Shown here one piece after another: positions 26,827 to 36,444 of a stretch of 59,797 bases of DNA. The translations under genes were made by a program, and so were the position numbers. Positions within the stretch are counted from its first letter, which is position 1. Each line of letters starts with the position of its first letter. The notes under the pieces were generated by a model. The model was not told where the DNA came from, made no database searches, and saw only the letters and a list, made by a program, of their open reading frames with translations. Origin of the DNA: Nitrosopelagicus sp. REDSEA-S31_B2 (lineage in GTDB: Archaea > Thermoproteota > Nitrososphaeria > Nitrososphaerales > Nitrosopumilaceae); the NCBI GenBank assembly GCA_001627235.1, contig LUPB01000086.1, forward strand, positions 1 to 59,797, written 5' to 3'.

Positions 26827-27299
26827 TATTCTTCACTTTCTCCTTTCTTTGTTTTGGATTTTGTTACTTTTTTTGTATCTTTCTTTTCTTCTTTTGGTTT
26901 CTGTTCTTTTGTTTCTGTTTTTTGAGTCTCTTCTGCTCTAGGAGCTGTTGCTTTCTTTCCTTCTAGTTTGTTAATTCTCCATTTATCGTCTGAATTTAAT
27001 CCTGAAATGACTATGTTTGTTGTATGAACATACACGTCAAATTTTTCTCCTTTCAATTTTTCTTTCTTTACTCCTTCAATATTTACTCCTCTGTCTGCAA
27101 TAGAAATTTTTGTAACTTTGCCGTCTACGCCTGCAAATTCTCCTCTTACAATACTTGCAGTATCGCCTTCTATGATTCTAGCACTACGTTTTCCGTACTT
27201 CTTTCTCAAGTCTTTTGAAAGTGCACACGATAGTTGTTTACTGGCATTTTGCATAGTTGCATAGTATATCTGCTTATTTCTCATTTTTCTTGGATTCAT
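26826..27299 (-). CDS. rpl24: 50S ribosomal protein L24
   Basis: LSKDLRKKYGKRS; KOW motif GDTASIVRGEFAG; Lys/Glu-rich tail. Confidence 0.93.
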   Translation of the reverse strand: MNPRKMRNKQIYYATMQNASKQLSCALSKDLRKKYGKRSARIIEGDTASIVRGEFAGVDGKVTKISIADRGVNIEGVKKEKLKGEKFDVYVHTTNIVISGLNSDDKWRINKLEGKKATAPRAEETQKTETKEQKPKEEKKDTKKVTKSKTKKGESEE

Positions 27300-27300
27300 A

Positions 27301-27732
27301 TCATACCACCATTTTGGCTAGGTTTGCTACCCTTGGCCATTTTTCTGTAACTTCTGATGCAACTGGACCTTTGATGTCTGTTCCTTTCATCTCTCCTTCT
27401 GGAGTGATTAACACTCCTGCGTTATCTTCGAATTGAACTCTTACACCATTTTGTCTGTGTACTGCATACTTTTGTCTAATTATAACTGCTCCATGAATTT
27501 GTTTTCTTAACTCTGCTGGACCTTTCTTTACTACGACATTACAAAAGTCTCCTACAGATGCTGCAGGAAGTCTTGAGGTTCTTGTTTTGTGTTGATGAAC
27601 ATTTACTATTTCGATAATTTTTGCTCCAGAGTTATCTGCACATACGATTTGTGCTCCTACTGGTATTGATCTTGTAATGTATGGCTTGAAGTCTTCTACT
27701 CCCTTTCCACCTTTACTACGTGCTCCGCCCAT
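27301..27732 (-). CDS. rpl14: 50S ribosomal protein L14
   Basis: CADNSGAK; FEDNAGV; IKGPVA. Confidence 0.96.
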   Translation of the reverse strand: MGGARSKGGKGVEDFKPYITRSIPVGAQIVCADNSGAKIIEIVNVHQHKTRTSRLPAASVGDFCNVVVKKGPAELRKQIHGAVIIRQKYAVHRQNGVRVQFEDNAGVLITPEGEMKGTDIKGPVASEVTEKWPRVANLAKMVV

Positions 27733-28061
27733 TACTCTTTAACCTCCACTACGACAAAAGATACTGATTTTGCTACCGGTCTACATTCTGCAGCAACGAC
27801 AACATCTCCTTCATTTACTTCAAGGTTTGATGGTACATGTGCATGGATGCTGTTTTTACTTCTTCCATATCTTTTGAATTTACTGAAATACACTGGTGCT
27901 TCTTTTTGTAGTACTACTGTGTTCTTTCCTTTTGCTTTTACAACTTTACCTTCAAACAATTTTCCGCGCACTGGGAGTGTTCCATTAAATGGATTTTTCT
28001 TATCTCCTTCTTTTGGCTCTTCTTTTGGTGCCTTTACTTTAATCCCGATATCTCGTGTCAT
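27732..28061 (-). CDS. rps17: 30S ribosomal protein S17
   Basis: VRGKLFEGKV; KFKRY; AECRPVAKSVSFVV. Confidence 0.94.
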   Translation of the reverse strand: MTRDIGIKVKAPKEEPKEGDKKNPFNGTLPVRGKLFEGKVVKAKGKNTVVLQKEAPVYFSKFKRYGRSKNSIHAHVPSNLEVNEGDVVVAAECRPVAKSVSFVVVEVKE

Positions 28062-28315
28062 GCTAATATCTCCATTCTCTCATGAGGTCTCTTGCTTAAT
28101 TTAGTTGAATCTGTCTCCAATATTCCTTGGTTATTACTAAATTGACAGATATCTTTTGGAATGTTCTTTTTTCCGTTATCTGTGTTTACTGTAATCATGT
28201 TTTTTGTTTCCATGATTACTTTGCCTTTTAGTCCTACGATTTCTTTATTCTTTGATTGTGTTATGGTAATTTCTTGTCCTATCAAATCGTACTCTGAAAT
28301 AGTCTCTAGATTCAT
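28058..28315 (-). CDS. rnp1: ribonuclease P protein subunit Rpp29/POP4
   Basis: DLIG...GLKGKVIMETKNM...KRPHER; conserved position between rpl29 and rps17. Confidence 0.85.
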   Translation of the reverse strand: MNLETISEYDLIGQEITITQSKNKEIVGLKGKVIMETKNMITVNTDNGKKNIPKDICQFSNNQGILETDSTKLSKRPHERMEILA

Positions 28316-28515
28316 TGTTTCTTTACCTCGTTTAATCTTGTCATTAATCTTGCAACCTCTTTTTTCACTTTTCTAATTTTTCCAGTTTCTTTTCTGAGTG
28401 TTCCTTTGGCATTTTCAGTTTGTAATTTTGATAGTTCAGTTTTCATTTGCTCTATTCTGTCTCTCAAATCTTTTTCATTCAATTCTCTAATTGATTTCAT
28501 TTTTAGCATAGCCAT
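28312..28515 (-). CDS. rpl29: 50S ribosomal protein L29
   Basis: IRELN..DL...KIRKVKKEVARLMT. Confidence 0.92.
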   Translation of the reverse strand: MAMLKMKSIRELNEKDLRDRIEQMKTELSKLQTENAKGTLRKETGKIRKVKKEVARLMTRLNEVKKQ

Positions 28516-29252
28516 TATTTCATCATCTCCTCATCTTCTTCCATACTGTCAATTTGTTCGATTTTCTTTTCTTCTAACTCAATTAATTCTGATTCTGTTT
28601 TTGCTGCCAAATCATCGGCTTCCTTCTTTATTCTTGCTTCTTCATCTTTTTCTGCTTGAGTTTTTCCTCTCAATTCAAATTCTGGAACAAATCTTTCTTT
28701 TCTTGCAATTCTAATTCTTACTCCGATTAATCCCATTGGGGTTTCTACATGTGCAATGTCTTCTGCTACTATTACATCTGCATGGTGTCCTGCTCTTGGT
28801 AAAATTCCTTGTGAGTGTTTTTCAAATGCTGATCTATCTCCTCTTAATTTTCCTGATATTGTAATTTCTGTTCCCATTGCACCCCCTTCCATAATTTGTT
28901 GAATAGTCCACATTGTTGCTCTTCTAAATGCAGTACCTCTTTCAAGATGTGATGCCATTCTATTACACATTACTTCTGGTGAAAGTTCTGGTTTTGTTAT
29001 TTCTTCTACTGCAATCTGTGGATTTTTTAATCCGTAATCTGACTCCAATTTCTCTGTAAGTTCTTTAATTCCTGTTCCTTTTCTTCCAATAACAATTCCT
29101 GGTCTTGTAACATGTAGTACTACTCTTGTTCCAGTTGGTGTTTTTGAAACCTCAACATTTTCAAATCCTGCATCTTTAATTTTTTCTCTTAGATAGTCCT
29201 TTAACAACATCATGTTGTAATTATCTTTGATTACGTTTTTTACTGCAGACAT
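28515..29252 (-). CDS. rps3: 30S ribosomal protein S3
   Basis: [10 protein letters not shown]; FRRA; ISGKLRG. Confidence 0.96.
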   Translation of the reverse strand: MSAVKNVIKDNYNMMLLKDYLREKIKDAGFENVEVSKTPTGTRVVLHVTRPGIVIGRKGTGIKELTEKLESDYGLKNPQIAVEEITKPELSPEVMCNRMASHLERGTAFRRATMWTIQQIMEGGAMGTEITISGKLRGDRSAFEKHSQGILPRAGHHADVIVAEDIAHVETPMGLIGVRIRIARKERFVPEFELRGKTQAEKDEEARIKKEADDLAAKTESELIELEEKKIEQIDSMEEDEEMMK

Positions 29253-29255
29253 TTT

Positions 29256-29714
29256 CTAAAACTCCTGTGCCACCAACTCGACATGTGTTAAGACGTCATT
29301 TTTGTCAGTTGCACGACCTTGTGCTCTTGGAATGAATCTCTTTATTACAACTCCTTTGTGGGTTGTCGCATTAATTATTTTCAATCTGTCCATATCCATT
29401 CCCTTATACTCTGCATTTGATTCTAAATTATCTAATAATTTTAAAAATTCCCCTGCGGTTTTCTCTGGATATCTTCCAGACATAACTCCTGGGTCACTTC
29501 TATGTCCAACTTGATTTTTGTATCTTCTAAATGGTATTGCTCTCTCTTTAGCAATTACTGCTAACATGTAATCTCGTGCTTTTTCAATTGTAAGTCCTTT
29601 GATTGCCGTAGCAGCTTCTCTTGCATGTTTATGTGAAATTTTCTTTTCACGTATTGATGCACGAACGTGCTTTGTTGAATCAAAATTTTGAAATGCGTAA
29701 TTGTATCTTCCCAT
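29256..29714 (-). CDS. rpl22: 50S ribosomal protein L22
   Basis: GRYPEK; PRAQGRA; HVELV; ATG at 29714 preferred. Confidence 0.94.
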   Translation of the reverse strand: MGRYNYAFQNFDSTKHVRASIREKKISHKHAREAATAIKGLTIEKARDYMLAVIAKERAIPFRRYKNQVGHRSDPGVMSGRYPEKTAGEFLKLLDNLESNAEYKGMDMDRLKIINATTHKGVVIKRFIPRAQGRATDKNDVLTHVELVAQEF

Positions 29715-29719
29715 TTTAA

Positions 29720-30115
29720 TCACTTCAGTGGTACGTACAAACTAGAACGTGATGCTCCGACTCCTGGGGCTCCATGGTTCACTCTCTTGTTTGTGATTGC
29801 GTATTCTCCTATGTAATGACCGACCATCTCTGCACCGATTCCGATTGGTCTGAACTCTTTTCCGTCAAAGACGTTAATTGTTAATCCTATCATGTAAGGT
29901 AAAATAATTAGATCTCTTTGATGTGTTTTAATTGGATTTTTGTTTTTTCCTTCTTTTGCATCTTTAATTTCTTGAATCAATTTCTTTTTGTTATCTGAAA
30001 GTCCTCTTTTGAGTGATCTTCTTTGTCTTGAGTTAAGTAATGTGAATAATTCTTCATTAGATATCTTCTGTAATTCTTCAGTAGATTTTCCTTTGAAGCT
30101 AAATACTTTGGCCAT
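29720..30115 (-). CDS. rps19: 30S ribosomal protein S19
   Basis: IKTHQRDLIILP; MVGHYIGEY; HGAPGVGASRSS. Confidence 0.95.
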   Translation of the reverse strand: MAKVFSFKGKSTEELQKISNEELFTLLNSRQRRSLKRGLSDNKKKLIQEIKDAKEGKNKNPIKTHQRDLIILPYMIGLTINVFDGKEFRPIGIGAEMVGHYIGEYAITNKRVNHGAPGVGASRSSLYVPLK

Positions 30116-30166
30116 TTTCTATATTTCTCCTTGCAACGTGCTGATTTTCTGAGTCATTTATACTAA

Positions 30167-30433
30167 TCACATCATTCCTACCTTGTTTGCCAAGTCTCTT
30201 GCTTTATCTGGTGAATTGAATTTTACGAATGCCTTTTTTCCATAAATTGTTCTTGCTGTATCGATAGTTACTGCATCTTCATTGTACAATGTTTTAACAG
30301 CCTCCTTTATCTCCGGTTTTGTTGCTTCTTTTTCAACCAAGAAGCAGATCTTTTGTTCATTTTCAACTAATGCAAATGTCTTTTCTGTGACATATGGTCT
30401 TAGAATGATTTTTGTTGCAGTTTCTACATTCAT
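30167..30433 (-). CDS. rpl23: 50S ribosomal protein L23
   Basis: PYVTEK; ATKPEIKEAV; KKAFVK. Confidence 0.93.
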   Translation of the reverse strand: MNVETATKIILRPYVTEKTFALVENEQKICFLVEKEATKPEIKEAVKTLYNEDAVTIDTARTIYGKKAFVKFNSPDKARDLANKVGMM

Positions 30434-31242
30434 TGCAAAGTCACCATTAATTCTAGATGTCGTGATTTAATCTCTGCAATTTCTTCAATTGCTTTCTTTG
30501 AGAATACTGTTAATCTAATCAAGGTTCCACCTGGAGCCAAATTTAGTACGCTAAGGTCTTTTGCATTGCATACATCAATTCCTGGAATTGTCCCTGCTGC
30601 TTTTGATATATTTTCGGATTTGGATACTACAAATAGTGCACTCTTTCCAACTTTGGAAACTCTACCTCTTAGTGCAACTTTACCTGTTCTTCTCTTTCTA
30701 CTTCTTAGTCTATCTACGTCTTGTGTGATCTTTAGGTCTTCTAGAACTTTGTTTAATTCTGCAGTTTTTGAAATTTTCTCAATGTCATCTGAAATTACTA
30801 GAGGAAATGCATCTATGCCCTCTACTTTATGGCCTCTCTTTTCTACTAGATCTTTTGATGCAGTTGCAGCAATTGCTGAGCATAATGCTAATTTGTTTTC
30901 CTTTTTGTTTAATTTTTTGTAAATTACTTTGTTAGCTTTTGGTGGATGAGCTTGTCTTCCTCCTCTTGTTGATGCTACTTCTCCTGCTTGACCTGCTCTT
31001 CCGCCACCGCCACCTTTGATTTTTGCAATTCTTGCAACACCTCTTCCAGTTGGTGGATCGTTAGAGTCAGCAACTACTTCCATTCCTGCAGTTGGCTTTG
31101 TTGAATGTTTTTGGAATCCATGTGATTCTAAGTTAATGTATGCTTTGTGAATTAATGTTCTATTAACTTCTGTATTGAACACATTTGGTAGTTCAACTTC
31201 TCCATCTTTTTTACCATTGATTGTTAAGACTGGTGTTTTCAT
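30430..31242 (-). CDS. rpl4: 50S ribosomal protein L4
   Basis: GRGVARI; RGGRQAHPP; NKKENKLA; LAPGG. Confidence 0.95.
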   Translation of the reverse strand: MKTPVLTINGKKDGEVELPNVFNTEVNRTLIHKAYINLESHGFQKHSTKPTAGMEVVADSNDPPTGRGVARIAKIKGGGGGRAGQAGEVASTRGGRQAHPPKANKVIYKKLNKKENKLALCSAIAATASKDLVEKRGHKVEGIDAFPLVISDDIEKISKTAELNKVLEDLKITQDVDRLRSRKRRTGKVALRGRVSKVGKSALFVVSKSENISKAAGTIPGIDVCNAKDLSVLNLAPGGTLIRLTVFSKKAIEEIAEIKSRHLELMVTLQ

Positions 31243-32234
31243 TAGATAACTACCTCCAATACATTTGGTTTTACAACTTTCTTTGGTTCGTTTCTAATTT
31301 GTTTTCTAAGTTTGATTAATCTTCTATACGTTCCTGGAACTGAACCTTTGACTACAATGAAATCTCCATTAACGTTTCCAAAATGTTTGAATCCTCCGTC
31401 AGGATTTATTCTGAATTCTTCTTTTTCGGTATTACTCATTATCATAATTCTTTTATCATATTCGATTCTTTGATGGAATCCTGTCTGTCCTGCTCTTGGA
31501 ACTGTATACATGACGTTTTGTGGAGATATTGGACCCAATGATCCGATTTCTCTTACTGTTTTTCTTGATTTATGCTGTTTTCTTTTTGCGCCCCATCTGT
31601 AGATTACACCTTGCCAACCTTTTCCTTTTGTAATTGCGGCAGTATCTACATATGTTCCATTTTCAAATACTTCGTCTACTTTGACACTTTTTCCTAACAA
31701 ATCTTTTGTAAACGCAAATTGTTTTGGTATGTCTCCTCCTTCCACTTTTACTTCGAATATGTAGGGTTTTTTCATTTCTAGATTGACATCTAGTGGAGTA
31801 GTTGTAACAATTGCAAAAATTTCTTTAATTTTCTTTAATCTTTTCTCAGCCTCATCGACCGGTGTTCCTTCTGTTTTAATTTTTAAAATATTTTGTACGT
31901 TTTTTGGTAAATCTTTTGCAAATGAATCAAATTCTGCATGTCGACCGTTAGGATCTGAAGAATAGCCTCTGATTCCGACAATTGTAATTGGCGGTGTTGC
32001 AATGACTGTTCCAAGTGTTACTAGTTGTTTTCCATGACTTGGGGTATGTTCTCTATCATCAATGCTTACTAATTGGACACAACCTGCTTTGTAACCTGCA
32101 TGTGCTAGCAGTCGTGGTTCGTCACTATCAACTTGTGGCCAGCCTCGAATTCGAGCTTCCATGCTTTTTGCACGTCCTCTAGGAGAATATGCTAAGCTTC
32201 CTCTTCTTGGTTGACTACGTTTTCTATGTCCCAT
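31242..32234 (-). CDS. rpl3: 50S ribosomal protein L3
   Basis: PRRGSLAYSPR; GYKAG; TKGKGWQG; RAGQTGFHQR. Confidence 0.96.
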   Translation of the reverse strand: MGHRKRSQPRRGSLAYSPRGRAKSMEARIRGWPQVDSDEPRLLAHAGYKAGCVQLVSIDDREHTPSHGKQLVTLGTVIATPPITIVGIRGYSSDPNGRHAEFDSFAKDLPKNVQNILKIKTEGTPVDEAEKRLKKIKEIFAIVTTTPLDVNLEMKKPYIFEVKVEGGDIPKQFAFTKDLLGKSVKVDEVFENGTYVDTAAITKGKGWQGVIYRWGAKRKQHKSRKTVREIGSLGPISPQNVMYTVPRAGQTGFHQRIEYDKRIMIMSNTEKEEFRINPDGGFKHFGNVNGDFIVVKGSVPGTYRRLIKLRKQIRNEPKKVVKPNVLEVVI

Positions 32235-32311
32235 GGATAAATGAAAAAAGTCGTTAACCCCATTATATACTGTGAGAATCCCAATTTTCTTCGGTTTTTA
32301 TTGTAAATCTT

Positions 32312-32422
32312 CTATGGAGAATACAATTCAGATATCATTGAAAAAATAGTTACTGCTCCAATTCCTACCCCTGCAACTCCTAGCAAAACTGCCAATATCA
32401 AAAAATTTTTCTGTTTATTCAT
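32312..32422 (-). CDS. 36-aa single-pass membrane microprotein (not in ORF track)
   Basis: Hand translation MNKQKNFLILAVLLGVAGVGIGAVTIFSMISELYSP. Confidence 0.45.
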   Translation of the reverse strand: MNKQKNFLILAVLLGVAGVGIGAVTIFSMISELYSP

Positions 32423-32447
32423 ATCTTGTTTCTAATTTTTTTATCAT

Positions 32448-33266
32448 TTATTTGTTGAATTTGTATTCATTGATAATTGATAAACATCCCAAAATCGCTT
32501 CTTCTAACCTAACCGTCTCTGTACCTTGTTGAGGGAAAAAATTCCATGCTTTGAAATTTTGAATATTATTGATCTTCTTATCTAGCATTTCATGAATTCC
32601 TTTGTCTGTAGTGCCGAATACTACTAGGATTTCTTCTTTTGTTGAAAGAATTTTTTTCATATCTTCATTTTTGATTTTTTTTGATTTTCTACTGGTTAGG
32701 ATTTTTGGGCCTTTCCACTCTGTTAATAATGAAAATAAATTTCCTCCATGTTTAACATTGTAACTCCAAAAATATGGAATTTCATTTTTTGTAATGTCAT
32801 ACACAGTAAAATTTGGATAACCTTCTTTTATTTTTACAATAGTTCTTTTTCCTATATCCTTTTTACCATGATATGGTACTAGTGAATCAATTCCTATATC
32901 TACAAATTTTTTTCCATCTTTTGGAAAAATAACTCCTTCTCTAATGTCATCTTTTTTAATTTGTTTTGCATCTGATGTCCCTCTTTGATTTGGCATCTTA
33001 ATTGGTGATAATGCGCCTACGAATTGTAATAATCCTGATTTTGGAAATAGACGTTTTCTGAAATGTTGTGGTGTTTCTAAATAGCGTAAAATTGTAGATA
33101 ATAGTTTTGAATCATTTTCAAATTCACGTCCGTCCTTGTAAATTATTATGTTATTTATCTGAAATATTCCTGAAGCTCTTGCTATCTGAAAAATTTTTCT
33201 GGTTTTATTCTCGTGTTTTTTCTCATCTTTCAATGATGAATCAGGTATTGCAATAGAGAGTTTCAT
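32448..33266 (-). CDS. SPOUT-class RNA methyltransferase (DUF171/MTH1-like)
   Basis: LSIAIPDS; IARA; LRYLETPQHFRK; NFFPQQGTETVRLEEA. Confidence 0.88.
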   Translation of the reverse strand: MKLSIAIPDSSLKDEKKHENKTRKIFQIARASGIFQINNIIIYKDGREFENDSKLLSTILRYLETPQHFRKRLFPKSGLLQFVGALSPIKMPNQRGTSDAKQIKKDDIREGVIFPKDGKKFVDIGIDSLVPYHGKKDIGKRTIVKIKEGYPNFTVYDITKNEIPYFWSYNVKHGGNLFSLLTEWKGPKILTSRKSKKIKNEDMKKILSTKEEILVVFGTTDKGIHEMLDKKINNIQNFKAWNFFPQQGTETVRLEEAILGCLSIINEYKFNK

Positions 33267-33296
33267 TTCAGATTATAATTCACTATGAAAAATTAA

Positions 33297-34031
33297 TTAT
33301 TTTCCATCAGATGGATATTTTGATTTTGCATCTGCAGCATATTTTGTTATCTCATCATTTTTGATAAATTCGAAGACGCCATCTCCAGAAACTTTTGACA
33401 TCTTGATGTGGTCTATGCCTTCTTTTGTTTCACTTGAAATGTAAATTGATGCAACTGCTAATGTTGCTGCTTCGTCAAGTGATATGTCTGGTTTGTAATT
33501 TTTTTCTAAGAAATCATTTACTGCATCTGAATTTGCACCAATAGATATTGCGTCATATGATATGTACGAACCACTTGGGTCTGTCATATACAAATTAGTT
33601 CCAGCAGGATCAATTCCTCCTATGATTAATGAAACTCCAATAGGTCTTGCTCCTCCGTATTGAGTATATTGTTGACATTGATCTGCTAAATGTTTTGCAA
33701 CAGTTTCAACTTCTACTGCTTCATCATACACTAGTTTGTTACTTTGAGAAAATGTTCTTGCGTTGTCTATCTGTGAACGAGCATCTGGGATGTATCCTGC
33801 TGCGGCTGCTCCAATATGGTAATCAATCTGGAATATTTTTTGTGGTGTGTTAATTATCTGTAATTTTCGAGCTTTTTCTTCAACTGCTATGATTACACCA
33901 TCTTTTGTTTTAACTCCCACTGCTATTGCTCCTCTACGAACAGTTTCAATTGCATATTCCACTTGGTATAATCTTCCATCAGGAGAAAATACTGTAATTG
34001 CACGGTCATAACCTTGTTGTGATGGCATCAT
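33297..34031 (-). CDS. psmA: proteasome alpha subunit
   Basis: GYDRAITVFSPDGRLYQVEYA signature. Confidence 0.95.
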   Translation of the reverse strand: MMPSQQGYDRAITVFSPDGRLYQVEYAIETVRRGAIAVGVKTKDGVIIAVEEKARKLQIINTPQKIFQIDYHIGAAAAGYIPDARSQIDNARTFSQSNKLVYDEAVEVETVAKHLADQCQQYTQYGGARPIGVSLIIGGIDPAGTNLYMTDPSGSYISYDAISIGANSDAVNDFLEKNYKPDISLDEAATLAVASIYISSETKEGIDHIKMSKVSGDGVFEFIKNDEITKYAADAKSKYPSDGK

Positions 34032-34084
34032 GATGATCTATTATCCTTGCCAAGGTTAATTTAACAATTGCGCCAATATGTGAT

Positions 34085-34204
34085 ATGGGATACAAGGAAA
34101 AAATTGTCGTTATACCATTAGTTTTATGTGCAATTGCCATTTTTGGATTTGGGATCTTCAATACTGCATGCCGACATTCGTTCTTTAGCTTCCTTGGATG
34201 TTAA
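34085..34204 (+). CDS. 39-aa membrane microprotein with a C-terminal Cys pair (not in ORF track)
   Basis: Hand translation MGYKEKIVVIPLVLCAIAIFGFGIFNTACRHSFFSFLGC. Confidence 0.45.
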   Translation: MGYKEKIVVIPLVLCAIAIFGFGIFNTACRHSFFSFLGC

Positions 34205-34270
34205 AAAAATACTATATTGTTTAATGAAATTTAGCACATTTGTGATATTCTAGTATTTGAGATTTATTTT

Positions 34271-34603
34271 ATGGCAAATGAATTCTCAATAACTTCTAAA
34301 GATGATCTGTCTGAAGATGAAATTAAGAAAATTAAATCATATTTTGCGAATATGCCGATTTCTGAAATATTGATTGGTTTAAAATTTGCACAAAATCGTT
34401 GGACTGCAAAAGATGCAGGTACGCTCAAAGTTGGTAGAAAAAGTATAATCAATAATGAGGTTCACTCAATAACGCCTGAACAAGCCAATTGGCGACTCAA
34501 TAATTGGAAATTAATGATAAAGAATTATCGAAAAAGAGGATATAGCTATCCTACTATTTCTAGAATCAAAAAATTACTTCAAGAGATAGAGGAAAAAAAT
34601 TAA
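34271..34603 (+). CDS. hypothetical basic protein
   Basis: 110-aa ORF; C-terminal RKRGYSYPTISRIKK is HTH-like. Confidence 0.7.
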   Translation: MANEFSITSKDDLSEDEIKKIKSYFANMPISEILIGLKFAQNRWTAKDAGTLKVGRKSIINNEVHSITPEQANWRLNNWKLMIKNYRKRGYSYPTISRIKKLLQEIEEKN

Positions 34604-35280
34604 ATTGCTTCTCTTTCTTTTAGAATGTCTTCAATACTATTGCTGACTGGTGGCTCTGGCATACTTTGTCTTGTTTGACCTTCTACCATTGCTTGTGCTT
34701 CATCTAATATTGATTGTGCTTCGTTGTTTGATGTAGTAAATTCGCCCATTGTTCCTTCGTGGTTTATGGTTGATCCTGTGACAATATCTCCTAACATGCT
34801 TGATAGGTCTTGCATTGAATCTGCTACTTCTGGCATCATTCCTCCTAATGAGGTGCTCAATCCTTTGATAAGTGACATACATGGACTTAGTGTAACTACT
34901 ACGTCTCCTAATTCGGATACTGTGTTTAATCTAATCTGAACTTGTTCCATTGATAATTTTGCATTACTGACTGTCTTGTTTGTTTTCCTAATTTCTGCTA
35001 ATTCATTTGCATACATTTTTGCATATGATTGATTGTTTGCTTTTGTTGCTTCTACAATTTTATCCATAAACATTGAATCTTTTTGTTTTAATTTTTGCTC
35101 TGTCTGGCCTAATTTGGTTATCTGCATTTCTAATTTCTTTTGTGCTACGTCTAATCTGTGTTTTAATGGTGCTTCTGGTTTTACTGTGCCCATAAATTTC
35201 TGAGATAGGGTCTCTTTATTCTTCAGAACATTCCATTTTTCAGAGAATGATACCATGTAAGAAACTAAAAAATTTGGCAT
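34600..35280 (-). CDS. ESCRT-III / CdvB-family (Snf7) cell division protein paralogue
   Basis: Coiled coil with YANELAEIRK...LSMEQVQIRLNTVSELGDVVVTLSP...ILDEA; paralogue identity not resolved. Confidence 0.88.
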   Translation of the reverse strand: MPNFLVSYMVSFSEKWNVLKNKETLSQKFMGTVKPEAPLKHRLDVAQKKLEMQITKLGQTEQKLKQKDSMFMDKIVEATKANNQSYAKMYANELAEIRKTNKTVSNAKLSMEQVQIRLNTVSELGDVVVTLSPCMSLIKGLSTSLGGMMPEVADSMQDLSSMLGDIVTGSTINHEGTMGEFTTSNNEAQSILDEAQAMVEGQTRQSMPEPPVSNSIEDILKEREAI

Positions 35281-35354
35281 TTTATAGAACGACTAAAAAA
35301 AATTGATCTAAATGGATCAATTTTTCTTAAGTAATCATGCTTGCTATTAACAAC

Positions 35355-36443
35355 TTATCCAAAAGTAAACGTGAATATCTCAAAATTTGGCTCTGCCACT
35401 TTGATAATAATCTCGTGAGGTCCTTCCTGGTCTAATTCTATTAGGTTGTATAATCGAGGTTCTGAAATTATGACCTCTCCATTAGAATTGATATCGTAAC
35501 CTCTTGAATCTATTGGAATGATTCCTCCGTCATATTCTATCTTTAAAATCGCATTTCCATCTGCAACAATGTTTACCTGTTTTGCATTAAAATTTAATAC
35601 AATTTTTCCAGAATCTCCCGCTAGTTTCATTCCGTCTTTGTTATTTTCCCACATTCCGTCCATGTAGAAATAATGCTGTTTGAACTGATCTGGTAGTTGA
35701 TAATTTACAATATTATTTTTTGAAAAACCTTCTTGACTGCCCAGTTGGTTACGTCCTTCTGCAAATTTATACCCAAAGTATAATTCGGGGGTTCTAAAAG
35801 TTGCATGTTCAAACTCATCTAGATTCACTAACTCTTTTTCTTGAATTGTACTGCCCATTGCATTTGCTCTTTCTTTCAAAAGCAATTGAATTACTTCTTC
35901 TGTTTCTTTGTATGCTCCTTCTCCAATATGATCAAATCGAATGTATCCTTCATGATCTGCAATGTATTTTCTTGGCCAATACCTATTTTGAAAATCATTC
36001 CAGATCTCTTTGTCATTATCTTGTATGACTGGATATTTTATTCCAAATTTTTCAGTTGCAAAAACTACGTTTTCATATTTTTTTTCAAATTCAAATTCTG
36101 GTGAATGAATTCCTAAAATGACTAGACCTTCATCAGAATATTTCTCATCCCATGCTGTAAGATGTGGAATTGTTCTAATGCAATTGATACAGCTATATGT
36201 CCAAAAATCATACAAGACTACTTTTCCTTCTAATTGTTTATCCATCTCTTGTTGTGATGTATTGATGTATCCTGAGATCCCTTGCAGTTGTGGTGATTTT
36301 CTCAGAAATGTTTTATCATTTATGACACTATCATCTATTGTAGTTCTCTTTAGATCCACTTCTTCATAATAATATGATATTGAAATTATTCCTACTGCAA
36401 TTATTGCAAAAAATATTGATGCGTATTTGTATTCTTTTTTCAT
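35355..36443 (-). CDS. membrane-anchored redoxin with DipZ-like C-terminal domain
   Basis: DFWTYSCINCIRT; HSPEFEFEK; RTPELYFG. Confidence 0.9.
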   Translation of the reverse strand: MKKEYKYASIFFAIIAVGIISISYYYEEVDLKRTTIDDSVINDKTFLRKSPQLQGISGYINTSQQEMDKQLEGKVVLYDFWTYSCINCIRTIPHLTAWDEKYSDEGLVILGIHSPEFEFEKKYENVVFATEKFGIKYPVIQDNDKEIWNDFQNRYWPRKYIADHEGYIRFDHIGEGAYKETEEVIQLLLKERANAMGSTIQEKELVNLDEFEHATFRTPELYFGYKFAEGRNQLGSQEGFSKNNIVNYQLPDQFKQHYFYMDGMWENNKDGMKLAGDSGKIVLNFNAKQVNIVADGNAILKIEYDGGIIPIDSRGYDINSNGEVIISEPRLYNLIELDQEGPHEIIIKVAEPNFEIFTFTFG

Positions 36444-36444
36444 T

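Noticed and set aside
24344-31965. Plus-strand ORFs across the ribosomal protein cluster
   Set aside because: Antisense shadows of well-recognised minus-strand genes
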